A DNA stretch of 64,000 bases from Schmidtea nova (Eukaryota). This document shows positions 23,522 through 36,729 of the stretch, one piece after another; the stretch's first letter is position 1, and the number at the start of each line of letters is the position of its first letter. Under the pieces are notes generated by a model. That model was not told where the DNA came from. It searched no databases and saw only the letters and a list, made by a program, of their open reading frames with translations. The stretch is taken from the NCBI GenBank assembly GCA_044892505.1, contig CM097884.1, positions 80,476,001 through 80,540,000 on the forward strand, given 5' to 3'. The position numbers and the translations under genes were made by a program.

Positions 23522-25846
23522 ATTTTATTTATTGATTATAATTTTTTTTATCAATCGATATTTAATCGAAAAATTTTAAATTATTCATTTAAAGTAATAT
23601 TTAATTAATATTATAAAATGAAAAATCAATGATTTTATTTAAATTTTATCATGTATTAATTGGTGACAAAAGATCAATAAATTTTATGGAATAGGCAGAT
23701 TTTTGGAAATTCTTATCAAATTTTTGTTTCAAATATTAAAATGTCCCAAATACGTCAAATATAAAATAAATTATTAACAAATTATTAAATATTAACAAAC
23801 TCTTGAACAAGGCAATGCCGAAATACATATTGTATATGAAATATTTTGATCTAGTGTNNNNNNNNNNNNNNNNNNNNNNNNNNNNNNNNNNNNNNNNNNN
23901 NNNNNNNNNNNNNNNNNNNNNNNNNNNNNNNNNNNNNNNNNNNNNNNNNNNNNNNNNNNNNNNNNNNNNNNNNNNNNNNNNNNNNNNNNNNNNNNNNNNN
24001 NNNNNNNNNNNNNNNNNNNNNNNNNNNNNNNNNNNNNNNNNNNNNNNNNNNNNNNNNNNNNNNNNNNNNNNNNNNNNNNNNNNNNNNNNNNNNNNNNNNN
24101 TAAATAAATAAACATAACTTTACAAAAGTTTTGAAAATCTCTGATTTCCATTAAAAATATAGAAATCTTGACATTATATTGCATATGCACTTGTAACATG
24201 TAACAATAATTTGATACAGAAGTGATAATTGCCAATTATATCATAAGTATCTTTAATTATGTTTAATTTAATTTAATTTCAATTTCAGATATTTTCAATT
24301 TTAAGACAATAGATAAATCTTTTCTCAGTGTGTTTGGTTTTAATTTAATAAATGAATAACAGTTGGTTTCTCTGACTCTTAAAATTTCTTAATATTTTTT
24401 TAAAAAATTTGTTTAAGGTTTGTAAAGAGTTTCAAAACTCCTTTTAAATTTAAAATTATTTAATTAATTAATTAAACTATTAACATTTTATATATTCTAT
24501 ATTAATATAATTTTAAATATATATGGCCAGTATCTTCATTAATATTAGAATTACAAATGCCTCAGTGTTTATATATTCAGAGATAAACTTGGGAAATTTG
24601 AAATTGTTGTGTTAATTAAATGAATGATTATGGAAGAAGATTTGAATTTAATTACTTCTAACAAGGTTTTTTTTAAATTTCTTCCTTCCTAGCTAAATAA
24701 ATCCCACTTCTGACACCATTTTTTGGAAATGTAACTGAATGAAAAATTAATAAACCAATACATAAAAATATGTGATTAAAATATTCATTTGTTGTTTATT
24801 TGTAGACTTGTAGGATTTAAAATTGCTCTTCTTCTTTTAAACTTGTATTTTTTGTACTTCTTCTTTTAACTTCTCTTTTAGTGCTTGTAACAAAATTGGG
24901 TTTTTAGTGCTTCTGACAAAATTGCTTTTTAGTGTTTCTTTCTTTAAACGTGCTTTTTGAACAATACTCTTTTTAAAATTCTTTTCTTCTCACAAAACTC
25001 CTTTTTTAAACAACTACTATATATATATATATATATCGATATGTTATTTTTCTTTTATAATGTTATATAATTAAAAATATATTTAATTAAATTTTAGTTA
25101 CTTTTTATATATAAATAATAGATAAATGACTGAGGCACTACATTTATAATCATTATTTTTTTAATAACCCGTTCAATTAATGACTTTAGAACTTAATTAA
25201 AATTCTTTGGCAGTTTCTTAACAATTTTCACACGGTAACTTTCTTTCGTGTTCTCATTGTAAAAAAAATAATTAAATGTCTTATTATAAAGAGAACCATT
25301 AATAAACATCAAATTTTGGAATCGAAATCATTTTCAAATTAAAAAATAAATTATTTAAAATGTTAATGCATTTATTTATATAGAAACTGTCTTAAAATTA
25401 AAAAATAATGTTAAAAAATATATATATTAGTTTTTTAAAAATTTAAATTTTTAAATTTTTAAATTTTAAAATTAAAATTTTAAAAATTAAATTGTCAACA
25501 TCAAAATTAGAATGTGTCTCAAAAATATTTGTTTGAATAAATCGTAATTTTGGAATTATAAAAATGTAAAAGAAAATTTTTACAAAAAAAATTAAAAAAT
25601 AATTTTATTTACTAGAAAAATAGGATTTCAGCACGGCCAAGTACATAATTATTTAATAACTAAAAATTAATAACATAAATGAGGAACATAAAAAAGTTAA
25701 ATATTCATTTGACAATAAAAAAAATAAAATATAAATAAATTGTTTAACATAAAAATCTTTTAAAAAATTGAAACTATTCGTATTTGCAACTTGACTTTGC
25801 CTCTTTTAGTAAGTTCTTAACCTTTAATATGTAATCGTGCATTTTT

Positions 25847-26070
25847 CTACCCAGAAAATCAAATTTAATATAAAAAGTTTAATATGGCCTCGACAGTTTG
25901 AAGCACTAAAACAATTTTTATCATCCGGCCATGGGATATGTATAAGCAAAGATATACGCTCCACATTCGTATTGTGGCCAGGTATTAAAAATGTCAATGT
26001 ATTGTTATAAAAATTCCGTTTCCATTTTAGAAAAAAAGTTAATTTCACAGCGGTCAAATTTTATCATAGT
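25847..26070 (+). CDS. Candidate exons of an unidentified spliced gene
   Basis: cag|KIKFNIKSLIWPRQFEALKQFLSSGHGICISKDIRSTFVLWP|gtatt, a ~49-nt intron, then in-frame EKKLISQRSNF; an upstream GTAAGT donor is at ~25810. Full model not resolved. Confidence 0.35.
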
Positions 26071-26241
26071 CATTAACTTGTTAATTCTTTCTTCTTTCCT
26101 GAAACTGTATTAATTTGGCTAAATAAGTACGTAACATTTAAAATTATACTTTTTTCTTATGGGAAATTATAAGTTTCTTCTACTTCCTACTATTTTGGCC
26201 TTCTTATAGGACCATCCATTTAAAAACTGAATGCTTTAAAT

Positions 26242-28993
26242 CAAGGGTGTCCAACCTTTTAGCTTCCCTGGGCCACATTAGACTCAAGATGAGTTGTTTT
26301 GGGCCGCACAAAAAAATTTCACTTACACTAATAATGGCTGATGAGAAAATAAAACTTATGTTATATAGTTAACATATTTATGTATTTTATATATAATATA
26401 TAATAAGAAATTAATAAGAAATTAATAAATATATAATATATTTATTAATTTCTTATTCCAAAAGTAAAAGACAAAGCCAAATTCAGAAATTAGTTAGACA
26501 CTTGACTTTGTTTTTGATATACTAATGCGTCAATATTTTCTTCGATGGAAGTAGTTGCGATTCTTAGTGATTGCTCAAAGTGCTCATCAGATAGTTTCGT
26601 TCTAATTTTATTCTTTGTGTGCTTCATCCGTGAAAATAACTGCTCACAAATGTAGGTGCTTCCAAATAGCGATGACATAAATAGGGCGTGGTTGTGAAGC
26701 GAGAGATCTTTTTCTTTGGGAAGATATATCTTATAAAAATCGAGTAAAGAGACTTGATGAAATTTTTCTTTATGTTGAATGTCAGATTGTAACTCTATGC
26801 ATTCTATTTGAAAATTGGCTGGTAATAAGTTAATTTCGACTGAAAAAGGGGTCGCAAATATACTAAAAAGTAGATCATTTTTCCGGAAATATTGGAACCT
26901 ATTCTCAAACTACTGTATCAAATCGGAAAGCAAAGTTACATATTTTTCGTTGTTCAGAGGACCGTGTTTCGCCAACGTGTTGAAATGCATAAAATTGTTT
27001 GCCTTAATTTGTGATTGCCATAATTTCAGTTTCATTTCAAATGCTGATAAGGTTTGAAACATTGTATTTATAAGTTGGTCTTTACCTTGAAGACGCAAAT
27101 TTAACTCAGTTAAATGAGTGGTCAAGTCTACTAAAAATGCCAAATCGGTGAGCCAGTGTTCATTGTCAAGTTCGGGCACAAATTTCCTTTTCGATTCCAT
27201 TAATGGCTTGATTTCATTTTGCAAATCATAAAATCTTTTCAACATGTTTCCCCGGCTTAACCATCTAACTTCCGAAAAGTAAATGATATCCCAATATTCC
27301 GCATCCATAATTTTAAGAAATTCCTGGAATTGACGATGATTCAATCCCTTGGCTCTTATAAATTTTAAAGCGTCAATGACAATCGGCATCACGTTATTCA
27401 TCTTTAAACATTTTGCGCATAAATTTTCCTGATGTACTATGCAGTGATATTTCATAAAACGTAAATTTTGGGCGGCAAATGCATCGTCTTCTACTATTTT
27501 TACAAGTCCTTCTGGTTTACCTACCATTGCCGGAGCACCATCAGTTACTATTCTAGATATATTCGCCACGGACAAAGAAAATCGTTTTAGTATAGTTTTC
27601 ACCGCTTCATACAAATCTCTTTATTTAGTCGTGCCTTTTAATGGCACTAAAGAAGCTATTTCTTTAGTGACGTTATATTCTTTATCAATACCTCTAATAA
27701 AAATTGCCAATTGAGCTGTGTCAGTAGCATCAGTACTTTCATCTATCGCCAAAGCATAAAATTTAAAATTAGCTGCTCTACTCTCCAAACCTGCTTCGAC
27801 AGATTTTCCGATTTCTTCAATTCGCCTGGCTATTGTCTCGTGAGACAAACTGATTTTAGAAAATTCTTCTTTTTTATCAGAGCAAATTATATCTGCAACT
27901 CTTTACATGCATAGCTTAATAAACTCACCATCAGCAAATGGTTTGGAGTTTTGTGCTATCAAATTTGAAAACACATAACTAGCTTTTACGGTAGAATCCT
28001 TTTGAGTTGTATTTTTTTAAAAAAACTTTGTTGAGATGATAGACCTTTTTTCAATTCTGCTATTTTGTCTTTACGACACATTCCTGAATTAAATTTACTA
28101 GCATGTTTTTGCGTATAATGCCTCTTCAAATTATAGTCTTTGAAAACAGGTATAAATTCCCGACAGATTAAACACATTACCTTAGTATTTGCCTCAACAA
28201 AAAAGTAGTCATCTGTCCACTTTTCGTTGAACAATCTTCTTTCTTCCATAATTTTTCTCTTTCTTTTTCGTTCGGTTTATTTTTGTGGCGCTGTGGAAGC
28301 CATGTTGAAATTAAAAAGATTGACAAATATTTTAAAAATGCAAATAAATACCTCTCGTGATATTATTTTAAATTTGCCTCCTAAATTTGTTTTTTAAGTT
28401 GGTAATGCCAATAAACATTAAATTTGAAAGCATTTTAATAAATTTTAGAATTTGATACAACGAAATCATTTTTTTTAAATTTAGACTCTAAATTAAAAAA
28501 ATGATATTTTTTTAAGATTACTAAAATATTTTTTAAATTTTATTTATAAAAATTTCAGAAGCACAAAAATGTACTGAAAAATGCACATATTTCAAAATGT
28601 TGTACTCACGTACTGAATCTCATAAAAATGGACTGGATTCAGTACAATTGTACTGAAACGGTAGCACTGCCTGTTTGCCAGCTATCAGAAAAGCGAGTTA
28701 CCGCGTGCTTTAGATTTAAAAATCCCGTGGTACAAGTGCAACACTGGTACAAGAGCACATTGAAGATTAAATACAATAGCACTAACATAATGATTAGAGA
28801 TTGTTTGAGAATAATTTTATGAATTATTATAAATTAATAGCTTCATTAAGTTGAAGTTTTTTTTTAGTGTTATTAATGGTATTTGCAGCCGAAATCACTC
28901 ATAATTTGTGGAAGTTTACGATTTGGCGTTGGGCCGCATTCATAGCAGTCTTGGGCCACATGTGGCCCGTGGGCAGCGGGTTGGACAAGCCTG
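26242..28993 (-). mobile_element. hAT transposon (Charlie/SPIN/GTF2IRD2-like) with TIRs and 8-bp TSD; transposase disrupted
   Basis: TIRs CAAGGGTGTCCAACC / reverse complement CAGGCTTGTCCAACC; TSD CTTTAAAT at 26234-26241 and 28994-29001. ORF pieces 27986-28249 (BED: MCLICREF...NLKRHY), 27621-27848 (YALAIDESTD), 26910-27614 (VTDGAPAM, YHCIVHQENL, EVRWLSRG) and 26490-26678 (FGSTYICEQLFS). Confidence 0.97.
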
Positions 28994-29049
28994 CTTTAAA
29001 TGGAATCATTCATATGCTTAACCTATTAACCGAGTTGCGAGTTAGGTAA

Positions 29050-31560
29050 TGTTTCAAATAATTGAGTTGCATCCTCATGAAATATTTTTATTTCTTGCAT
29101 TCTTTGATAGACCATATTCATCATCTTTTAAAAGTTTTTTAGTACTTGCTAGTAAAACTTTAAAATTTCTTTTTTCTACTGCTAGCTTAAAGTTACTTCC
29201 AAAACATCTAAAATTCCGTACATTGGTACTTTCCTCAATTTTTAAAATTTGGTTATGGATTGCACTAGCTTGACTATGCACTAACCAAAGATATACGTAA
29301 CGGAGAGAAGTATTATCTAAATCTAGTTAAGTTTTTGGCTCTTTGTCATCAAATAGAAAAGCGATTTTAAGGCTTCAAATAATTTTTAAATTCTTTCTAT
29401 TACCGACAAAAGAGAAAGTCATCTTCTTTTGGAATAAGAAAGTTAAGTTTTACATTCTAGATTTTTGATTTGAAAAGAATCTTATAAATCTTTCATTTTT
29501 GAATTTATAAATAGAAAAATAATGGAAAATCTTGAAAACTATTTCAGCAATATCACACGATAATCGATCTGCTGCTGTTTTTAAATTTATATTTAGAAAA
29601 ATGGGCAGGGTAACCTATACTTTCAACTTATAAAACCTATACAACTTATACAACTTATACAACCTATACAACCTATACAACTTTTGCAACCTATACAACC
29701 TATTCAACTTATACAACCTATTCAACCTATACAACCTATACAACTTATACAACTTATACAATCTATACAACCTATACAACCTATACAACCTATACAACTT
29801 ATACAACTTATACAATCTATACAACCTATACAACCTATACAACCTATACAACTTATACAACCTATACAACCTATACAACCTATTCAACCTATACAACCTA
29901 TACAACTTATACAACTTATACAACCTATACAACCTATACAACCTATATAACCTATACAACCTATACAACTTATACAACCTATACAACCTATTCAACCTAT
30001 ACAACCTATACAACTTATACAACCTATACAACCTATACAACCTATTCAACCTATACAACCTATACAACTTTTGCAACCTATACAACCTATACAACCTATA
30101 CAACTTATACAACCTATACAACCTATACAACCTATTCAACCTATACAACCTATACAACTTATACAACTTATACAACCTATACAACCTATACAACCTATAC
30201 AACCTATACAACTTATACAACCTATACAACCTATTCAACCTATACAACCTATTCAACCTATACAACCTATACAACTTTTGCAACCTATACAACCTATACA
30301 ACTTATACAACCTATTCAACCTATACAACCTATACAACTTATACAACTTATACAATCTATACAACCTATACAACCTATACAACCTATACAACTTATACAA
30401 CTTATACAATCTATACAACCTATACAACCTATACAACCTATACAACTTATACAACCTATACAACCTATACAACCTATTCAACCTATACAACCTATACAAC
30501 TTATACAACTTATACAACCTATACAACCTATACAACCTATACAACCTATACAACTTATACAACCTATACAACCTATTCAACCTATACAACCTATACAACT
30601 TATACAACCTATACAACCTATACAACCTATTCAACCTATACAACCTATACAACTTTTGCAACCTATACAACCTATACAACTTATACAACCTATTCAACCT
30701 ATACAACCTATACAACTTATACAACTTATACAATCTATACAACCTATACAACCTATACAACCTATACAACTTATACAACTTATACAATCTATACAACCTA
30801 TACAACCTATACAACCTATACAACTTATACAACCTATACAACCTATACAACCTATTCAACCTATACTATATACCGAATCCTTCCTTTAATTTTGTGAAAA
30901 CATTGTTTTTTCTCATTCTTTGTATATCAACAACATTAACATTAACGTTGTCCCAACAAAGTGCGACACATCTTTTAAAGTCAGATTTCTGGTCTTTTAA
31001 TGTCTGAATACAAAATCTTAAAATAAATTGAGATTTTACACCTTTTAAACTACTTAATTTCAATGGTTTGACATGAATTCTACTTTTATTGAAAGATTGG
31101 ATAACAAATGGATGAAATAATATGCCACAAACTCTACACACAATCACTCCAGTTGTCCCAATACAGATTTTATAGATAACACTGCTGGACTTAACAAATT
31201 CCTAATACGACATGATTCGCTACGCTTCAATAAAATATACTAGCTTAATAGACTCTACTATGGCAACCATTTCAACGGATCTACTCATTGGAAGATTACT
31301 TTCAGAGAAATTCATAAAAGAATGGCAGAGGTGGTTCAAAATAATGAAAACACCAATAAAGACTCAGATAAAACTGGTCACAACACTTCTTGACAAGAAA
31401 TGGATTGATTTTACAAAGTCGCGCAAAAGGAATTGTAGAACAAAGGTTACTAGGTGTATTTATTAGATTGAACTTCGTTAATGGATGATTTTTAAAAGGC
31501 ATTGAGCTTAAAGTAAGGGAATGAACCAGCGGAATTATTTATGGAAAAAATTATAAAAAA
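29050..31560 (-). pseudogene. hAT transposase remnant (same group as the 50142-52408 element) split by a minisatellite
   Basis: Right of the array: CVALCWDNVNVN...RKNNVFTKLKE. Left of the array: IGYPAH...TAADRLSCDIAEIVFKIFHYFSIY...YSKRR*LSLLSVIERI*KLFEALKS...LWLVHSQ. Collinear with DNTNLNFGG..NNVWRKL...GCMAHI...DIEAIVVKI...TRFLTL of ORF 51142-51927. Confidence 0.8.
29633..30867. repeat. 9-bp minisatellite (CAACCTATA and variants), ~1.2 kb
   Basis: Units CAACCTATA, CAACTTATA, CAATCTATA, CAACCTATT, CAACTTTTG in tandem. Confidence 0.99.
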
Positions 31561-31779
31561 TGAAGAAAAGATTGTTTTCGAACAATATCAAAGTTAAAAA
31601 GTAAAAAGAGAAATTGAGATCAAAGATCTTAAGAAAATGAAGCAGATTAAGGGAACAATAAAAAGATAGAAAGAGTAAACATAATTATTGGAAAGATCAA
31701 CACGGTGAGATCTATACCGGCTACTGTCAGTAAAAGGACTTACAGAAACATAACACAAGGAGCAATCATAGAAGCAAAA

Positions 31780-31930
31780 TACCAAAAAAGGAAAAAAAAA
31801 AAAAGGAAATATTAATAAGAGGTTGGATGTGCAAAAAGACTGAATGTATAAGCAGAAAGTGCAATATGAAAAAGAGGATACAGTGTTTAACAAGTGGGGT
31901 TGAAGGACATGACGAGAATGTCCAACAATC
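31780..31930 (+). pseudogene. Possible Gag zinc-knuckle remnant
   Basis: GWMCKKTECISRKC and IQCLTSGVEGH..(frameshift)RECP resemble two degenerate CX2CX4HX4C knuckles. Confidence 0.3.
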
Positions 31931-32049
31931 CAGTGTAACCGATGAAATGCATAAGACTTCCTTACAATAATCTCTTTTTCACTTGCTTAAATCATTCAGA
32001 CTGTCATGATAATGACTTCACAATTTCCTGTTTAATTGCTTTTCTTGTT

Positions 32050-33200
32050 TTGATCGAATTTGAGTTTTCTTTAATTAATTAATTAATTAATTAATTAATG
32101 ATTTTAAGTTTAAACACATTTCTTTCATGTTTCCCAATTTATTTTTGAGAAAACCATTCATTTCCTATTGTTCCACGCCATCCTACCCTTGACACACTTT
32201 TCAAAATTAAAATTGAACTAATAATATTCAAACTGAATTGAGGCTTTCTTCACGCTTTTGCTATTATTTTTTTAGATCCTTCCGTATTTCTACAAATCTC
32301 AAAAAAGTGTTTGTACTATGCAATTAGTTGATAATTTGCCTCACAGCAATTGTCTTGTCTAACACACTCACAATATCAAATGAAGAAGATTTCAATTCTT
32401 TTGCGAAGTTCCTCCGAGGAAATTAAGTACAAAAACCAAGATTTGAGTAAGAAGATGGTTTGACATGTAACCTATATGTGTGCTGCCAAGGAAAATTATT
32501 CCAAGAACTTTCTCTATTATAGGAAAATTGTCAGAAATAACCGAAACAGCTGTATTACGTTATAAGACTTTAAGAGTGGAGCTTTTGGCTCAACTTTCTA
32601 GGAGTACTCGTTGAAATATTGCATGTCATTTTGTTGAGTCTTAGATATGAACATACAATTTACATTTACAATTACAATTGCCAATTATTTATTAAATATG
32701 TGCTCTGCTGGTATGTAGAGGAGATTGGTAATGCATATATAGAGCTCTTTACACTTGTGACAGTAGTGGCCTCACCTCAATGTTGTCTACTAAAGTGCAG
32801 ATGTTGAATTGAATATATTGGTGCCTCACTGTTCAACAACTCAACTAGTGCTTCACTTGTTGTCAAAAGTTTATCCTTGAAGCAACAGACACTTTCATGG
32901 ATAATGACTATAATGACTTTCTTATCAATAATGACAGAATTTATCTGGGTTGCAAAGGTTCGTCGAAGAAATCTTCCTTGATTTTCTGTCCTATGATGGC
33001 CATGATTTTATTTTGTATATAAGGACTAGTAACTTAGCAACTGCACTTTTCAAACAATCCTCAATAATTTTGCAATTTTTAGAATGAAGCCTCATAAGCT
33101 GCAGGAAGTAACGACAGTTAAATGATTCTGCATTTCCACAATGACCATGTACACTCTTGTTTCCCAAAATACTTAACTTTTTCAATCACCTTTCATACAT
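32050..33200 (-). pseudogene. hAT transposase remnant, ZMYM1/DUF4371 type
   Basis: GHCGNAESFNCRYFLQLMRLHSK (~RGH.E...N.GNFL.L) and TSPYIQNKIMAIIGQKIKE, followed by decayed catalytic-domain-like text. Confidence 0.6.
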
Positions 33201-33485
33201 ATGTACAGTGTCGTTCTATTTGCTAATTAAATTATAAACCATTTATATTATTATAGCTTGTCATTTTTATTTAACACAAATTGTCAGCACCATCGTTTGT
33301 ATATTTAAATAAAACAATTTAAATAAAACAATGAGCAATGCCAAAATTTTGTTTAAAAAGGAAATCATCGATTTATAGTAAAAACTAAATAAAGATAGAT
33401 GAAATTTTAAGTGCAAAAAACAAATCACAGTTGAACAAAACTAAGTGGTTTTTCAGTATTATCGATTCCATAATGGTTTCTCATT

Positions 33486-33749
33486 TGATAGTTTGACCTT
33501 TGCATTAGATAGAGTTAATATTTCCTTTATTAGTAATTTTTGGTAATAACGATAACTTATTTAACTATTTCTTAGATGAATTTTAATACAAAATAAATGT
33601 CTACCTTATTCGTTGTCGATTGGTGACTTATACTTATATTTTGTATTAAAATTAATGTAATAAAAAATTATGTGTAAATTATAACATTTACCAAACGACA
33701 CTCATAAATGAAATATTAACTCTGTCTAATACAAAGGTCAAACTATCGA
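33486..33749. repeat. Diverged foldback element (family unrelated to the 3149 family)
   Basis: GATAGTTTGACCTTTG(C/T)ATTAGA(T/C)AGAGTTAATATTTC at 33487-33524 pairs with 33710-33748; inner arms ATTTTAATACAAAATA also pair. Confidence 0.8.
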
Positions 33750-34459
33750 ATAAGAATCCCAATATTCACTTTATTGGTGAAAATCGCATTAGTAATTTGA
33801 ATCAATTAACAAAGAAAATTTTTAATTTATTACTATTGACAAATTCTAGACAAATTTTGGATTTCTTTTACAATAAAACAAAAAAAAATTAAATAGTCAG
33901 TAATATATAAAAGTATATTTTGATAATTTTTACAATGTTATTTATAAAAATTTAACAATAAGCATAAACGTGAATTTAGTGCTCTATGTCATCAACACAG
34001 TGATAAAATATATTCAATTTTATTAAAAATGTAAATATATATTTCAAATAAATTATTAATATGAACACACTGATAATATATTTTCGGAAGAAAGGACCAA
34101 TTATATTAAGTTTTTGCTAGCTGAATTTTTATAGACATTAATCAAATTTGCTGAAAATTTTTCCCGTCAGTCGATTTCTTGAAATTTTTTTTTGGTTTTG
34201 ATAAGTGCTTTTATTGTTTCCGAATTCTGTTTGGTAAATGCAGACCTGAAAGTTGATTAATGTTTTTTCGATTAGTTGAAGATTACACGATTTTTATCTA
34301 AGTTTGTTTAAATTGGCCGTTTTTAAAATTAATTATTTTAATATTTCCATTTTTTATTTTTATAATTTTTATAAATTTATTAAATTTTTATTTTTTTAAT
34401 TATGGATATTGCATAGAAATATTAATATCACTGTTGGCGCAAAATGTAATAAAATATTA

Positions 34460-34785
34460 TCATTGAAATAGTTCATCCTTATTGTTTTTTAATATAGCTT
34501 GCACTTGATCTGCCACTAATTAGGAGTATAGCCCGACACCGTATTGGCTCATGATTGGTGTACTATCTTCAGCTTGTAGCGCTCTCATAAATATCTTGGT
34601 TCCTGATCTAATATTCATTTCCGAAACATTCATCAACTTCGCTTTAATCATAACGAGTCCGAATTTCCTTAAATTTTTGACAGTGTTAAAAACTGACAGA
34701 TCTATTAGGCTTTTGTAGCGGATATTGTCTAACATATCACTTGGATAAGAGATTAGTTTTAGGAGGAAAATCTCTCTTTAAGAAC
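34460..34785 (-). pseudogene. HSP90: HSP90 N-terminal ATPase-domain fragment, intronless and decayed
   Basis: S*REIFLLKLISYPSDMLDNIRYKSL...SGTKIFMRALQA....MSQYGVGLYS*LVADQV aligns by eye to [27 protein letters not shown]...[34 protein letters not shown]. Confidence 0.85.
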
Positions 34786-35321
34786 ACAAGGGTTCGACAA
34801 CCACGAGGATCACCGCCATCAAACCCCAAACCAATAGATTTTTGAAATAAGACTAATATTCAAAATATTTAATCCAAAATCAAGTCGATTTCGAATAAAA
34901 AAATGTTATTTATGTAAATTCACTTAGACAACACAATCGATTTAAATAAAAATCCAATAAACAACAACAAAATATTCGATAATAAAAAATCTAAGCTCTA
35001 CCAAAATCCAACACACACGACAGAGAAACTCAATTGTAAGACGACAATAACAGGTATCCATCGAGTTACACAGTAAATTGGTTTCAAGTAAGTCGAAACC
35101 ACGTAAGTCGAGACTCGGGATCAATGCAAACTATAATATGGAATTTCAATGCAAAGGAATATATAAATATATCGTATTTTCTTTTTAAATAAAAATTCCT
35201 ACAAAACTGCATAACTCGAGGAATACCTGTACATCGATGGCTAAAGAAGAAACCGGTCCCAAAATAACTCAACACACAAACTTGAGCAGAAAAAACACTA
35301 ATATAACATAAACACATGATC

Positions 35322-35430
35322 AGATAGAGAATTAATTCTCTATCTCATTTCATATTTCAAAGAGGCACACTCATGAGCTAACTCAAAAAATAATTCGTAC
35401 ACACTTAGATAGAGAAATAATTCTATATCT
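35322..35430. repeat. Two copies of a 24-bp palindrome
   Basis: AGATAGAGAATTAATTCTCTATCT (35322-35345, perfect) and AGATAGAGAAATAATTCTATATCT (35407-35430). Confidence 0.85.
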
Positions 35431-35989
35431 TAGATTCCCCGAAACAGCCACTACAGAACAATTCTGACAATATACATATATAACAGGATATCACGTAACA
35501 GTAATAAGTGCAGTAATAAGTGTTATTCAAACTTGCTAGGATTCTTTTTTCGTCAAGCTTTAATTCAAAAAATAACGAAGTAGAATATTATGGCCTGGAT
35601 TTTGGAATTGCAAAATGTTTTAAAGAAATTTTGTAAAATGTAAATTATTCAGAAATTAAAGAGGAGCATAAGAGGTGTCAATAGTTAATCAAAAGTAATT
35701 AATTAGACACACACGTCTCGTTATACGATTTAGGTACGTTCTTAAAACATTTGTCATAATGTGAAATCCCGGATAATTAATAAATCCAAAAAACATTCCA
35801 GCTTTTCTCTAACACTAACGTTTTGCTTGAAGTTTTTAGTTATATGGCTTTTAGATTTATCTCTTATTTTCTAAGAATGTACCTAGGCCGTATAATTAAG
35901 ATTGAGTGTATTGGAGGCTGACAAAACAGCATATATTTTAAGCGGAGAAACAGGAAATAAATAGCTATTTGAAATATTATTGTATATAA

Positions 35990-36265
35990 TAGACACGTCC
36001 AAGCTGTGGTATGAGCCATATGCTGCTCTTTGGCATTTTTTGTGGCTCAATAGTTTAGTAAGTTGTAACTGAAATTTAATATGTAAATTTAAAATATAAA
36101 CATAAAATTTTCATAAATAATATAAAATAAATATTTTTAAAAATAATTATTAATTATGGTAATAAAAATAAATTTAAGTTTACATTGAAAATCTTGCGGC
36201 TCTACAGTGTTTTGCGATTTTCAAACATGACTCCGCAAACATAGAGCTTTGAGCAGCCCAAGTAT
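35990..36265. mobile_element. Degenerate hAT-type MITE
   Basis: GTCCAAGCTGTGG..GAGCCATATGCTGCTC...GTGGCTC at the left end and GCGGCTC...TTTGAGCAGCCC at the right end resemble hAT MITE ends; TSD not evident. Confidence 0.35.
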
Positions 36266-36509
36266 TTATAATTATTTCAAATTGAAAATGGATTCCTAGT
36301 AAGTAAAGATTTAAAATTACAAATTAATTTTTTAATTAAAATGTATTTGACACACCAATTATTGGAATGAGAAAAACAAAATGTCGTTTAACCATTCAAA
36401 AGTTGGCATGTGCAGGATTAATGGGGATTGAAACTTGAGATCGAAAATATTTCCCGGGGAAACTCGAGAGAAGAAAAATACTCATACGATTATTTATGAG
36501 AGATGCATA

Positions 36510-36640
36510 TATACACGCTAGAAAAAGGTTGTGCCGAAAATTTGTGTACTGTTAAAAAATTGTTTGATTCATACTCATTATAAAAAAAATATAAATCTCT
36601 GAAATAGAAAAGAAAGATAAAGATCAAAAGTGAAAATAAA
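36510..36640 (-). repeat. Foldback element, diverged half-copy
   Basis: AAAGGTTGTGCCGAAAATTTGTGTAC...AAAGATCAAAAGTGAAAATAAAAGA matches one arm plus the tail. Confidence 0.7.
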
Positions 36641-36729
36641 AGATTTTAATGGTTATTTCTTTGTAAATAATTATGAGATTAAATTATTTATTTTAATAAT
36701 TGTCAAAAATGGATCTACAATAATTCTCA

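Noticed and set aside
29633-30867. CRISPR array anywhere in the window
   Set aside because: No repeat-spacer alternation and no cas genes; the repeats are head-to-tail satellites or dispersed hairpins in a eukaryotic context.
29615-30889. 414-aa (YRL/YKL)n ORF and (IQP/IQL)n ORFs as real repeat proteins
   Set aside because: They are open only because the 9-bp unit lacks stops in those frames; the array interrupts a hAT pseudogene.
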